64,000 nucleotides of DNA from Leucoraja erinacea (Eukaryota), in NCBI RefSeq assembly GCF_028641065.1, contig NC_073401.1, positions 25,420,001 to 25,484,000 on the forward strand. The letters run 5' to 3'. Positions 1 to 13,074 of the stretch are shown here, piece after piece. The translations under genes and the position numbers were made by a program. Position 1 is the first letter of the stretch, and each line of letters starts with the position of its first letter. The notes beneath the pieces are model-generated. The model was not told the DNA's origin. It worked only from the letters and a program-made list of their open reading frames with translations, and did not search any database.

Positions 1-1126
1 AGAAGGCAGAATGCAAAACTAAATTAGCAACAATTTGTTTGAATAGCGTGAACTTCAATGTACAAACAATATAAAAGAGAATAACATCATAATTAAAGAT
101 CTCCGGGAGACGGAACAAAAAAACAGGTGACATTGGAACGAGGAATAAAGATTTGGCAAATCGAGTAAACAAAAATGTTTTGCTTGTCATCAATGTATGA
201 CAGATGGAATTAACAATAGGGAGGAATTTCATATAATTCATACTACTGATAGGAAAAGCACCTGAGTTGCTGCCTTATGGCGCCAGAGACCCGGGTTCGA
301 TCCTAACTACTGGTGCTGTCTGTACAGAGTTTGTACGTTCTCCCCGTGACCGTGTGGGTTTTCTCCAGGTGCTCCGGTTTCCTCCCACACTCCAAAGACG
401 TACAGGTTTGTAAGTTAATTCGCTTCGGTAAAAATTATAAATTGTCCCCAGTGTGTAGAATAGTGTTAGCGTACGGGGTGATCGCTGTTTGGTGCGGTCT
501 CAGTAGGTGCTGTACCTCGAAACTAAACAAAAAAATTAAACAAAGCCTCTCCCAAAATGGCTGCTCCGCTATACCATCACCTCTTCGAATTGGCTGCTGT
601 GCCTCCCAATGAGCCAATCAGTCGGAGCTCTTTTAAACCGTCCCTCTCCCTCACTGCTCTGTTCTACCTCCTCGCTGCAAAACCACCAGCTCCGTGGCAA
701 CAGAATGGACAATAATTCATGCTGCCATTAGTACTACACGACTTGCAATTGGAAAACTTTGCTATGTGCAAATGAACTAAAAGAATCTCTAAAAAGATCT
801 CTGGGGGAGATCAGAATGTTGCTGTGAATTTTATGAAGGTTAATGCATGTTTCCTCAGTACTAACCAGGGGGTTTCGAACACTGCACAAATGTACAGGAA
901 TAAATCTCAAAAAGTTCCATGTGCTTAGATAACTTTAGTTTAGTTTATTGTTGTCGTGTCTACAGAGGTACAGCGAAAAGCTGTTTTGTTGCATGCTAAC
1001 CAGTGAGCGAACGGACTGTATATGATTACAATCGAGCCGTCCACAGTGTACAGATACAGGATAAAGCCCAGTGAAGTCCGATTAAAGATAGTTCGAAGGT
1101 CTCCAGTGGGGTAGATGGGAGGTCAG

Positions 1127-1900
1127 TGTCAGATCCTCACCTGGATCCGAATGTAATAAACACACTTCAAGGACACTGAACGTCCGCCATTCCTTTATAT
1201 CCTGGCCACACGTGTCCTCTGGTCTCTCTGACTCATAATAACACGTAATACATTTAAATACAACGTCAGTTACCATGACATCCCTCTCTTATCAAACAAA
1301 AAGATATCCACATCATCACATTGTAAACTGAACATTCTAACACCATGTAGGATATGGCATTTATTGTTAACGCATCATTTTCACATCAACACATCTCATA
1401 GTCCTCGTATCTCTTGGGTGGTCTATGATATTCTGGTCTGACCACTGCCTCGGTCTGCGCTGGTGCTGGATTCTGATCTGTCCTGTCCTGTTCCACCAGT
1501 TCATCGTCTCGACTCTAGTTTCTCATAGTCTCCTCCTCAGACTCGTACATTCATGGCTCCTCAATTTTGTCGTCTTGAGTCTAATCCCCCCCACAGTCTC
1601 AACCTCAGTTTGCCGTGTTGCTGAACCATCACGATGGTGATACTTTTTCACAATCGATGTGTTTCTATCATATTTGACTCGTTCAGGCGATTGGACTGTC
1701 ACCGTATTCCCTTGTCTGTACAGCACAGTGCATGGTTGTGGAAAGAAGGGTGTGTCCATTTTGCGTGGACTTTCCTCACTGGCACCTCATCTGCTGGCAC
1801 CACATCTGATGGTCTGGCACCTTTGTCTCCTGCCTGCATAGAGCTTTGTTGCCTCGTTCTTTCCTGCATCATGATCTCTCACTTCTTGATCCTTTACCAC
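1127..1900 (-). mobile_element. Gypsy/Ty3 LTR retrotransposon remnant (integrase C-terminus, PPT, 3' LTR)
   Basis: 154-bp LTR 1127-1280 with TGTCA...TGACA ends; polypurine tract AAGAGAGGGA 1281-1290 (-); frameshifted EVRDHD...KLYA, TPFFPQPCTVLYRQGNTVTVQSPERVKYDRNTSIVKKY and RPPKRYEDY, typical of Gypsy pol C-termini. Confidence 0.8.
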
Positions 1901-2549
1901 GTTCAATGGTAGGGTTAGCGAGTGACTAGCCCTTGCACAGAAGCAATGGCCTGAATCATTCCATGATTTGCGAGGCTTTAGCCAGAAGGCTGAGCAGAGG
2001 GTGAAGGCGAGATAATGTAAGGTACTGTATTTTTTCATTTCTTTGGTTTAAATGTAGTTGGATATACTCTGATATAAAGTTTGCTGTATGGAATGGATTC
2101 AGAACCAGGCTGATTCCATTAAAAATGAAGGATCACCGCATCATCCAAGCTAGGGTAGACAAAAATGCTGGAGAAAGTCTGGGGGTGAGGCAGCATCTAT
2201 GGAGCGAGGGAATAGGCGACGTTTCGGGTCGACTACATTATCCAAGCTAGGATGATCAAAAATCTTAGGTAGACTCGAAATGCTGGAGTAACTCAGTGGG
2301 ACAGGCAGCATCTCTGGAGAGAAGATATGGGTCTTGACCCAAAACGTCACCCATTCCTTCTCTCCAGAGATGCTGCCTGTCCCGCCGAGTTCCTCCAGTA
2401 TTTTGTGTCTCTCTTCGGTTTAAACCAGCATCTGCGGTTCCGTCCGACCAAAATTCTTGCCTGGTGGGAAAGCTTTGAAGCCATTTTCATGTGTTTCGAA
2501 AGAGTGTTTCAGCGTGACGACAATTCTCTCTCTCCCCCTTCATTCGCAG

Positions 2550-2677
2550 TCTCTTCAGGGAGCCTCGTGATGTACCAAAACACTCAGTCAGTAGACGGTC
2601 ACACCCACCTGTTATCGCCCGGTCAAAGCAGCATCGAAACCTTCATCCCACACCAGGTGGTCTCCACCGCTCCGTAA
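2550..2677 (+). CDS. HNF1A: HNF1A, terminal coding exon (upstream exons not identified; probably before the window)
   Basis: Polypyrimidine tract + AG (tctctctctcccccttcattcgcag) ends at 2549; phase-1 exon reads (V)SSGSLVMYQNTQSVDGHTHLLSPGQSSIETFIPHQVVSTAP*, matching the recalled human HNF1A C-terminus [42 protein letters not shown]. Tail-to-tail with C12orf43 as in human. Confidence 0.9.
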
Positions 2678-3239
2678 CCGTGCCAACACGAAGCGAAGCA
2701 GTAGCAGAAGCAGACTCTCTCGGATAATACAGCGGGATCCAACCAATCTTCAGCTGTGTGACCGATAGTCTTCGAGCAAACATCGCACGCAGATTGTACC
2801 TGCATATTATTTTTGTCTAAAGAATTACTTTATTATCGAGGGTTGTTTTGAGAGTTGTTGTTGTGCAATAATTTTTAATGAAAATCCTCAAATTGTGTAT
2901 CGGATAATTCAAGAGCTACATAAGGTGGAACGAGTTTGACACAGGCATGGATGTGGTGGGGAGAGGAGAGAACTACACGCCAGATCCTCCCATTGTTTAA
3001 TGCTCGAGTGATATTTAGCAGTCAAACCTGCATTTTGTGCTGCCATTTTATTCACATAGATTTTATAATATGAACTTAATTTAAGCAATGATTTTTGACA
3101 AACCTCTTCACATCAAACATATATATTTTTTTCCTTTTGATTATAAAAATATAAAAAAATATTTAACTCACCAAATTGTGACATTGCAGCTCACATTGTA
3201 AACATTAGCGGTTCACTTATAAATTGCAATATATACAGT

Positions 3240-3245
3240 ATTAAA
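3240..3245 (+). promoter_or_regulatory. Candidate HNF1A polyadenylation signal (ATTAAA)
   Basis: ATTAAA ~560 nt after the stop in an AT-rich, repeat-free stretch, followed by U/GU-rich sequence. Confidence 0.3.
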
Positions 3246-3807
3246 GTACATCTTCTTTGTATGACTGCTGTGACTTTCATTTTATTTGATTGAATCTCAT
3301 TTTATAAAACGGTGGTACTTCCCCCCAACTCATCGTATCCCCGAGTAACTCTTGCCTGACTTGGTATTTCTGGCCCAGAGGGTTAAAAAAACAAGAACGG
3401 GATTCATGTTACCTGAGGATTTCAACCTTTGACCCAGAGGTTTTTTGGCTTATTAGTGCACCGTGTCTACCAATGAGGGCAAAGGGTGAAGGTCAAAGGG
3501 CAAATTACCAGCATACTTCCCCCAGATCAATAGTGAGCCACGTTTAAGGACACAATCCCAATACAGGCAAATGTGATTAGTGTAGATGGGGGGAAAGGTC
3601 AGCAACGACATGGAAGGCCAAAGGTTTCTGTGCTCGTAAGTTCATATGTCAAAGGAACAGGATTAGGCCATTCGGCCCATTGAGTCTACTCCACCATTCA
3701 ATCATGGTTGATCTACCTTTCCCTCTCAAACACATTCTCCTGGCTTCTCCCCTTAACCTTTGATGCCCTTATTAATCAAGACTGATTAAAAGTGCTGTAT
3801 AACTCGG

Positions 3808-4119
3808 GGCGGCACGGTGGCGCAGAGTTAGAGTTGCTGCCTTACAGCGCCAGAGACCCGGGTTCAATCCTGACTGCGGGGTGCTTGTCTGTGCAGAGTT
3901 TGTATGTTCTCCCCGTGACCTGCGTGGGTTTTCTCCAGGATCTCCGGTTTCCTCCCACACTCCAAAGACGTACAGATTTGTAGGCTGATTGGGTTGGCGT
4001 CATCGTTAATTATCCCTCGTGTGTGTAGGGTAGTGTAAGTGCGCAGGAATTGCTGGTCGGCGCGCACTCGGTTGCCTGAAGGGCCTGTTTCCGCGCTGTA
4101 ACGGTATACTAAACTAAAC
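3808..4119 (+). mobile_element. HE1/V-SINE (tRNA-derived), near full-length; representative of roughly 25 copies (e.g. 263-530, 6657-6955, 8808-9093, 14017-14280, 24356-24633, 28672-28982, 36257-36560, 45265-45590, 47285-47580)
   Basis: GGCGGCACGGTGGCGCAG A box, GGTTCAATCC B box, V-domain GAGTTTGTATGTTCTCCCCGTG...CCGGTTTCCTCCCACACTCCAAAGAC, CR1-like 3' end and (TAAAC)n tail. Confidence 0.85.
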
Positions 4120-4189
4120 TGCATGACGCTAATTACAATTAGATGATTCTGATGGCATGGCACATCTTCTAATGTTCAAAATTTGACGA

Positions 4190-4522
4190 CAGATGGCGCA
4201 ATGGGCTAAGTGTTCGGCTGGCGACCGGAAGGTAGCCGGTTCGAATCCCGCTTGGAGTGCATACTGTCGTTGTGTCCTTGGGCAAGACACTTCACCCACC
4301 TTTGCCTGTGTGTGAATGTGTGTGAGTGATTGGTGGTGGTCGGAGGGGCTGTAGGCACAGATTAGCAGCCGCGCTTCCGTCAGTCTGCCCCAGGGCAGCT
4401 GTGGCTACAGAAGTAGCTCACCACCACCGAGTGTGACTGAGGAGTGAATGAATAATGCGATGTAAAGCGCCTTGAGTATCTAGAAAGGCGCTATATAAAT
4501 CCCATCCATTATTATTATTATT
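4190..4522 (+). mobile_element. tRNA-derived CORE-type SINE with L2-type tail (resembles teleost AFC-like SINEs)
   Basis: TGGCGCAATGG A box, GGTTCGAATCC B box, CORE-like GTGTCCTTGGGCAAGACACTT, 3' TGTAAAGCGCCTTGAG...AGGCGCTATATAAAT and (ATT)n tail. Confidence 0.8.
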
Positions 4523-5871
4523 AAAATCAGGTTTCAAAGCAGACACTCGGAACTCCATCACTACAAGAGGCTACCAGAAGATCAGAGGAAACACTTCAAG
4601 GATGTTTTCAAGGTCTCCTTGAAAATAATATTGATCCTCACTGATTGATCTCTGTGGGAATATCCGGCATAGTTTAGGTTTGAGATACAGCCTGAAAACA
4701 GGCCCTATGGCCCAGAGTCCACATCGACCAGCAATCGCCTGGACACTAATTCTATCCTACACACTGGGGACAATTTACAGAATCCAATGAACCTACAAAC
4801 TTCCACATCTTTGGAATGTGAGAGGGGACCAGAGAAAACCCACTAGGTCACATCAGTTGCAGATCATCAATATTATCCTGCCACTTATGGCTTCACCTAC
4901 AATCATACAAGAAAGAGTGTGTAGAAAGGAACTGCAGAGTTGCTGCCTAATAGCGTCAGTGATGCTGGGTTTGATCGTGACCTGGTACTGTCTGCACAGA
5001 GTTTGCCCGATCTCCCTGTGACCACGTGGGTTTTCTCCAGGTGCTCCGATTCCTCCCATATTCCAAAGGCGTGCGGGATTGCTGGTCAGCTGGCTTTGGC
5101 AACATTGTAAATTGTCCCTATTGTGTAGAATAGCGCTAGTGTATGGGGTGGTCGATGGTCGGTGCGGACTTGGTGGGCCAAAGGGCCTGTTTCCACGCTG
5201 TATCTCAAGTCTAAAGTGACAGATTTCCCTTGCTCCAATTGACTTGCTTTTGTTTTCCCTCTCAAGTTGAATGTCCTAGTCTTTGAAGTGCTCATACAAA
5301 TCTCATTTAATAGATGACTCCTCACATACAAGCTTAAACAGTGAGTACCGAAGAGGCCTTTTGATTTTGAAGGGCATCACATCACAACCCTAAGTAGCTT
5401 GCCTTCAGCTAACATCTACTGTGGCTTCATTGCCTTCAAGAGGAGCAGAGGCACCATATATTTTGTATCAAAATTATAAAAAATATATAATGCAAGCGTT
5501 GAAATCCAGGATATATAATCCAACCTCAGTTTCTGTGTCTTTTTCCAGCCGTGTTTACTGGATTGGTCAGTCAAGAGGGACTTTCTGCTGCCAAGAAATC
5601 CTCTTGCACAATCGATTTTGTGGGCTGCCAAAACCAACGGATTCAAGAGAAATTCTGTGCTGGGTTGAGAACCATAATGAAAGGGGATGATAGAGGCAGA
5701 TCGTGTAAGGTCGTGGATCTCATTCAATGCACCCTTCCCAATTCAGAGAACAAATGTGACAGAAATTGTTCCTAACAAACAGTTCACAGAAACCCTAAAA
5801 TGCTGGAGTAACTCAGTGGCATCGACCCAAAACCTCACCTATCCATTTTCTTCAGAGATGCTGCCTGACCT

Positions 5872-6323
5872 ATAACCATATAACAATTACAGCACGGAAA
5901 CAGGCCATCTCGGCCCTACAAGTCCATGCCGAACAAATTTTTTTCCCCTTAGTCCCACCTGCCTGCACTCATACCATAACCCTCCATTCCCTTCTCATCC
6001 ATATGCCTATTCAATTTATTTTTAAATGATACCAATGAACCTGCCTCCACCACTTCCACTGGAAGCTCATTCCACACCGCCACCACTCTCTGAGTAAAGA
6101 AGTTCCCCCTCATATTACCCCTAAACTTCTGTCCCTTAATTCTGAAGTCATGTCCTCTTGTTTGAATCTTCCCTATTCTCAAAGGGAAAAGCTTGTCCAC
6201 ATCAACTCGGTCGATCCCTCTCATCATTTTAAAGACCTCTATCAGGTCCCCCCTTAACCTTCTGCGCTCCAGAGAATAAAGACCTAAAGACCTTCTACGC
6301 TCCAGAGAATAAAGACCTAAAGA
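5872..6323 (-). mobile_element. 5'-truncated CR1 LINE, young
   Basis: Open ORF2 C-terminus LGLYSLERRRLRGDLIEVFKMM...TRGHDFRIKG...NFFTQRVVAVWNELP, plus 3' UTR. Confidence 0.92.
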
Positions 6324-7145
6324 CCCTTTTAAACGCACAAGTATTGTAGATCAAATAATCTCCTGTGCTGTATGATCTGGTGACTCTAACATTGAGACAT
6401 GAGGCACTGGTACAAATTGAATGGCAACAACTGTTTGAAGCAACTTGGGCCAGCTTGAATCTTTGCACCAATCTCATTCTCCAGAGGTGAGCACAGGACC
6501 TGCTGAGTTAATCCAACATTTGGTGTCTACCTTTGGTATAACCAGCATCTGCAGTTCCTTTTTATAACAAGAAATCTAAATAAGTTTGCTGGGTTATAGG
6601 AAAATTGGGGTGGGAGGTGCAGGGGACTGGACTTGAGAGAGGAAAATGGATATCATTTGGTTTAGTTGAGAGATACAGTGGGGACACAAACACTTCAGCC
6701 CACTGTGTCCGCGCTGACTACGTTACACCAGCACACACTCCGCACTAGGGACTATTTACAATTTTCACCAAAGCCAATTAACTTACAAACTTGCATTCTT
6801 TGGAATGTGGGAGGAAACTGGAGCGCCCGGTGAAGGTGAGTGCCTGGAGGTCACGGGGAGAACAAACACACTTGGTACAGACAGCACTCGTAGTCAGGAT
6901 CAAATCCAGGTCTCAGACACTGTAAGGCAGCAACTCTACCGTTGTGCCACCATGCCGGCCCCCAAAGTAGCCCTTTTAAAACGCACAAGTATTGTAGATC
7001 AAATAGTCTCCTGTGCTGTATGATCTGGTGACTCTAACATTGAGACATGAGGCACTGGTACAAATTGAATGGCAACAACTGCTTGAAGCAACTTGGGCCA
7101 GCTTGAATCTTTGCACCAATCTCATTCTCCAGAGGTGAGCACAGG
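6324..7145. repeat. ~174-bp direct duplication (6324-6497 = 6971-7145)
   Basis: Direct comparison; about three differences. Confidence 0.95.
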
Positions 7146-7997
7146 CTTCAGCGATCCTGGATGAGCTGATGAATATTTTAAAGCATTTTCTGTTTTCAAT
7201 CATGTGGTGGTCATCACTTTTTTTTTTTTTAAAGTTGTGGAAACTAGCTACCGAAGACTTGAAAATTAAAAACACCTCTGCATCAATAGTTACAGTAATC
7301 TGCATTGTCAGCTTCTAAATGTGTGATCCTGCTTAATTAAACCCTGGTCTAATGAGTTTCATGAAGCTAGCTTTGTCTTTGGATCCTGCTGCTCCAAGAT
7401 ACATTGATGTTCATTAAAGAATTTTCATCGCCGTGAATTCAAGCAGAAAAGTACACGGACGTCTAATTTTAGTGGGGGTGGTGGTTTATCACTGAATTTT
7501 AATGCTGGCAGCTGGTGCAGGATTCCAACAGCTGTCAGCATGACCAAAGGCTAAATTAATAAATTAAGCAAGTCTTTGTGTGTGCCTCTTTCAAAATGAT
7601 ATCCATTGAAGTCTTTTATTCTCATACAAGATAAATAAATGTAGGTTATAGTCATTGATGTCAAACATCAGGGTGGCACGGTGGCAATAGACAATAGGTG
7701 CAGGAGGAGGCCATTTGGCCCTTCGACCCAGCACTGCCATTCAATGTGCTCATGGCTGATCATCCCCAATCAGTACCCCGTTCCTGCCTTCTCCCCATAT
7801 CCCCTGACTCCGCTATTTTTAAGAGCCCTATATAGCTCGCAGAGGTAGAGTTGCTGCCATACGTGCAGGAGGCCCTAGTTTGATCCGGACTATGGGTGCC
7901 GTCTGTTAGGAGTTTGTACATTCTCCCAGTGACCGCGTGGGTTTTCTCTGGGTGCTCTGGTTTCTTCCCACATGTGTGTGCTAGTGTAACCTAACTA

Positions 7998-8331
7998 CAG
8001 GCACTCCCCGACTTATGTAAGGGTTACATTCCTTGAACCCGTGCACGAGTTAGATTTTATACAAATAGGAATCACCATCCCCATCCCCTGCCGGAAATAA
8101 CTTACTGAGAGCAGTAACTGTCTCAGCAGTGACTGGCTGCGTCCAGGGCACTTTCTGTGGAGCACGGCCTTCTGGGTAAGCACCACCGCCATTGACGGCT
8201 TGTTTCCCATATAAAGTTGAGTGTTGTGGAAATCACAAACTGCCTCGACTGCACTAGGTACTGAGTACAGAATTATTTACGGAAGTGCGAGTTCACGCAA
8301 CTTGCCTATTGCATAAGCCGGGGAATGTCTG
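7998..8331. mobile_element. Tc1/mariner (pogo/Tigger-type) MITE
   Basis: TA target sites; TIRs CAGGCACTCCCCGACTTATGTAA vs CAGACATTCCCCGGCTTATGCAA (19/23). Confidence 0.75.
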
Positions 8332-11300
8332 TATTGAGAATGGTGGTGACATAAACATGAAAGCTGACTGGGTAAGTGTGGGGGGGGGGGGGGGAGTATT
8401 TTATATCCCTTGAATTATTTATGCAAGACTTTTAATGAGAACCTTTTGCACTTTAATGTTTTTTTCAAGCATGCAATGTTTTTACTGTAGTTTAGGCCAA
8501 ATAATGGTACCTGTATTGGGCGTGGCATAAATAACCTGTACCACGCCATTGCTTGTGACTTTGCCAAATGCAGAGAAATAATACTCAGTCAAATAGCATG
8601 AGATGTGGTGATGGCTGCAGCACAAGAAGATATGTAGCAGAGGTTTGACACCAATATTAGTTTGGAACAGCAAGTGTCACAAAGTCCCTGTGGTACAGAA
8701 TAGCCAGAGACATCAACAGTATCCAGGAACATCAACATTGCTATCGGAAACATTTACTCAGGAACAAATAAGGCTGCAGAAAATGACCGATATGGCCCAT
8801 TCTTTGGGCTTTGGAGATAGTGCAGAAACAGGCCCTTTGGCCGTGAGTCTGCATGGATCAGCAATCACCCTGTACACTAGCACTATCCTACATGCAAGGG
8901 GCAATTTACAATCTTTACCAAAGCCAATTAGCCAACAAACCTGTACGTCTTTGTAGTGTGGGAGGAAACTGGAGCACCCAGTGAAAACACACGCGGCCAC
9001 TGGGGAAAAGTACAAGCTCCGTACTGACCGCACCCGTAGTCAGGATCGAACCTGGTTCCCTGGCGCTGTGAGGCAGCAACTCTACCGCCACCACCATCAG
9101 AGGTTCTGATTTCCCCACCATCGAAGGGATCTACAGGAAGCACTGCCTGATGGCAGATTGATATCATCCAATATCCCACATCACCCTGGCCATGCTCACT
9201 TATCGCTGCTACCATCAGGAGAAAGATACAGGAGCCTGAGAACCGTCATCTCCAGGTTCAAGAACAGCTTCCTCCCTTTTTTAAACTACCCTGCGCAACC
9301 CTAACTCAGCACCAAATCACTATCCAATTGCACCGTAAAAACGTTGATTTTTCCACTATCAAAGTCCAGTTTACTGAGAATAAGAGATAATTTATTGTGT
9401 TTTTTTATTGCTGTATTTAATAAAACCATTACAGTTGCTGCAGGAATTTAATTATTCTGCACATATGATTAATAAACATTTCACTCTACTCATACAGCAG
9501 AGAAATAGACCCTCTGGCTCAGCACATCCGTGCTGACAAAGATGTCTATCTGAGTTAGGCCCATTTGTCTGAGTTTGGCCCGTATGTCTCCAAGCCTTTC
9601 CTACCCATGCATCTGTCTAAATGTGTTTTAAACAAGGTAATTGTTCTGGCTCTGCAGCTTCATCTGGCCGCTTGTTCTATGAAACCACCACCTGTGTGCC
9701 CTCAGGCCCCTTTTAAATCTTTCCCCTCTCACCTTAAATCGATACCCTCCAGTTTTCAACTCTCCGACCTTGGGAAAAAGACTGTTACCATCCACCTCAT
9801 CTGTGCACTCGTGGTTTTATATACCGTCAAGGTCACTCCTCAAACTCCAACGCTCAAGTGAATAATGGCCACAGCATATGCATCAGTTTAATATGAGATC
9901 CACACCACCCTGGCCACACACTTGTTTCACCCCTGCCAACGGCAAGAAGGAACAGGAGCCTGAAAACTGTAACATTCAGGTTCAGGAAAGCTTCTTCCCT
10001 ACAGCCATTCAGCTATTAAACGCTACAACCTCAAATAAGCTCTGAACTACATAGACTAATATTGCACTACTGTTTTTTTTTGTGTGTATATATGCGTGTG
10101 TGTGTGAGCGCGTGTGCGTGTATATATACATACATAATCTGTGTATATATGTATATGATATGTGTATTTGTGAGTATGTGTATATATTCTTTCTCTTCTC
10201 TCTCGTTTATCAAATTATTTACAGTGTTCTGTTGTGCTGCAGCAAGTAAGAATGTTATTGTTCTGGCTCATATGACATTAAAACACTCTTGACTCTCTCT
10301 TGGCCCCGTAGCAGAAGCGTCCACATCGCGGGGCTGGAAACTGGAAGTATCCCGAGCTAATTCTGCTACCACCATCATCTATTGCAACAAGTGACGGCTC
10401 CCGCTGATTATCGCCGGAAGCTTGCGTCCTTTTCAGGACGGACGATGACAGCGATGTCAACATTTGAAACGTGGAAGATGGATATGAACGAAGAAGACTC
10501 TTGCTTGATCCTCTCCTTACAATTCAAGCCCTCCTGTCCTCGCAACATCCCCGTGAATCTTCTTTGCACCCCTTCCAGCTTAAAGGCAACCTTCCTATAG
10601 CTGGGAGACTGAGAACTGGGAGTGTGGTCTCAGCCATAATCTATACAGTTGTAACATGACATCCTGACTCCCATACTCAACGCCCTGACTGATGAGGCAA
10701 ACTTAGATTCAAAAATCTAATGAACAAATCAAGCAGCATTGCTAATTGCAGTCCAAGAGCAATTAGCTCAATATTACCGCACACGTTCCCAAACAATATT
10801 GACCAAAAGATCAATGGCAATTACTTTGAACCCAAGGCGATGGTTTTATTGCAGTGACCTTGGGTTGCAGCAGGATTACTGCTTTCCTGTATAACGTAAT
10901 CAAGGGAATAAAACAAAACTTAGCAACAAGAAGATAGACACAAAATGCTGTAGCAACTGGAGAAAAGGAATAGGTGAGATTCTGGGTCAAGACCCTTCTT
11001 CAGACTGAGACATAGCAACAAGCCGGCTATTGTTTTTACAGACTTGGCCAAATCCTTTCGGTCACGTGAGTTGCAAAAATGATCTCACCATGAAATCTGT
11101 AAGCATTTTATTAATATTATTGCCAATATTTCAAATTCTTATATGATGATTGAAGCCCCAGAGATTATATTAAACAATTTTTTATCAAGAGATGCATGAA
11201 ACACGATGATTTGCTGTCAGCAGTTTTATTTAATATCGGGAGAAAAATCCCTATTATGGAATTTTCTTAACAAGGGCAAAGGTTTTTAATTCTGAAGTCG

Positions 11301-11448
11301 GTCAAATGTACCCAGTCCTGAATAAGTACTTTCAATATTTACTGATAAGCATGAGTGTGATATGACAGTTTGAAGTGATATAAAATTGCAGGACGATTTA
11401 TATATTTTAGAACACATTTGTGGTAAGACAGTTTTGTAAATAATTATT

Positions 11449-11751
11449 GGCAGAGTGGTAGAGTTGCTGCCTTACAGCGCCAGAGATTCAATCCTGACTA
11501 CGGGTGCTGTCTGTCTGTCTGTCTGCCTGTCTACGTTCTCCCCATGACCTGCGTGGGTTTTCGCTGAGATCTTCAGTTTCTTCCCACACTCCGAAGACGT
11601 ACAGGTTTGTAGGTTAATTGGCTTGGTATAAATATTTTAAAAATGTCCCTAATGCGTGTGTGTAGGATAGCGTTAGTGTGCGGGGATCGCTGGTCGGTGC
11701 GGACTCGGTGGGCTGAAGGGCCTGCTTACCGCACTGTATGTCTAAACTAAA
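11449..11751 (+). mobile_element. HE1/V-SINE copy
   Basis: Same V-domain and taaactaaa tail. Confidence 0.8.
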
Positions 11752-13074
11752 GTAGGAATTTAGTTCAAGAGGTTTTTTAAAACTAAAATTTATAGGATTT
11801 ATTGTAGCCTATAAAAATAAAAAATCCTCTCGCTGCATAGGTTTGAGAACTGGCAGATGAAATTGCATTAACTGGTTTTCTTTGAACTGGAGATCAAAGT
11901 ACATAAGGATGCATAAGCTGATCCTTTGGGTAGGTTGTCCCAAGGCAAAGGTAGATACAATATGCTGGAGTAACTCAGCAGGACAGGCAGCATCTCTGGA
12001 GAGAAGGAATGGGTGACGCTTCGGGGGGAGTGGGCGGGACAAAAGATAGAATGTAGTCAGAGACAGTAAGACTGGTGGGAGAACTGGGAAGGGGGAGGGG
12101 ATGGAGAGCGAAGGAAAGCAAGGGCTATTGGAAGTTAGAGAAGTCAATGTTAATACCGCTTGGTGTCAGCTACCCAAGCGAAATATGAGGGGCTGTTCCT
12201 CCAATTTGCTCTGGGCCTCACTCTGACAATGGATGAGGCCCAGGACAGAAAAGTAAGATTGGGAATGGGAGGGAGAGTTAAAGTGCTGAGCAACCGAGAG
12301 ATCAGATAGGTTAAGGTGGACTAAAGGTTTGTCCCAAGGCAAATTGAATGGACAAATTAATTTAATGGATTAGGAATATTCAGCGCTGCAAAAAGAAAAG
12401 TTATGCAAAGGTCACAGCTGCTTAAAAATACATTTCTAGTTTGCATTACACCTTGATGTTTATGGACAGAATGTTATCACCGAATAACAGGTCTTATACC
12501 CAGAGTTGGGGAATCAAGAACTAGAGGACAGAGGTTTAAGATGAGAGGGGAAAGATTTAATTGGAACCCGAGGGGCAACTTGTTCCACACAGAGGGTGGT
12601 GCATGTATGGAACGAGCTGCCAGAGTATGGCAAGTACTATAACAATATTTAAAAAAAACATTTGGACAGGTACATGGATAGGAAAGGTTTAAAGGAATAT
12701 GGGCTAAGCATGGGCAGGTGGGACCAGTGTGGATAGGGGCATCTTGGGTCAAAGGGCCTTTTTCCATGCTGTGTGATCCCATAACTCGTTCACAGCATTA
12801 GATGGCATTGTTATGAATCTGTAAGGAGCTGTTTTCAACACATTACTATTGGTATTTTGTATCTGAGATGCCTCGATGGTGAGCTTGGGCTTCCTACACT
12901 GGAAATACAAATAACAACTGCAATGATTTGGAGTCAACTGTGGAAGTGATTGATTTATTCTAGGATCATTAAGAGGATCCAAGTATCCAACATGGACAAG
13001 TCGGGCCGAAGGGCCTGCTCCAATGCTGACTCTATGACTCTAACATGATTACCAGAAAGTGAAATTTAGGATAT

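Noticed and set aside
540-720. Promoter-like patch (CCAAT x2, TTTAAA) or HNF1A exon 9
   Set aside because: No convincing downstream gene and no recognisable HNF1A peptide with matching splice sites.
3808-3880. tRNA genes at SINE heads
   Set aside because: A/B boxes run directly into SINE bodies; no complete cloverleaf.
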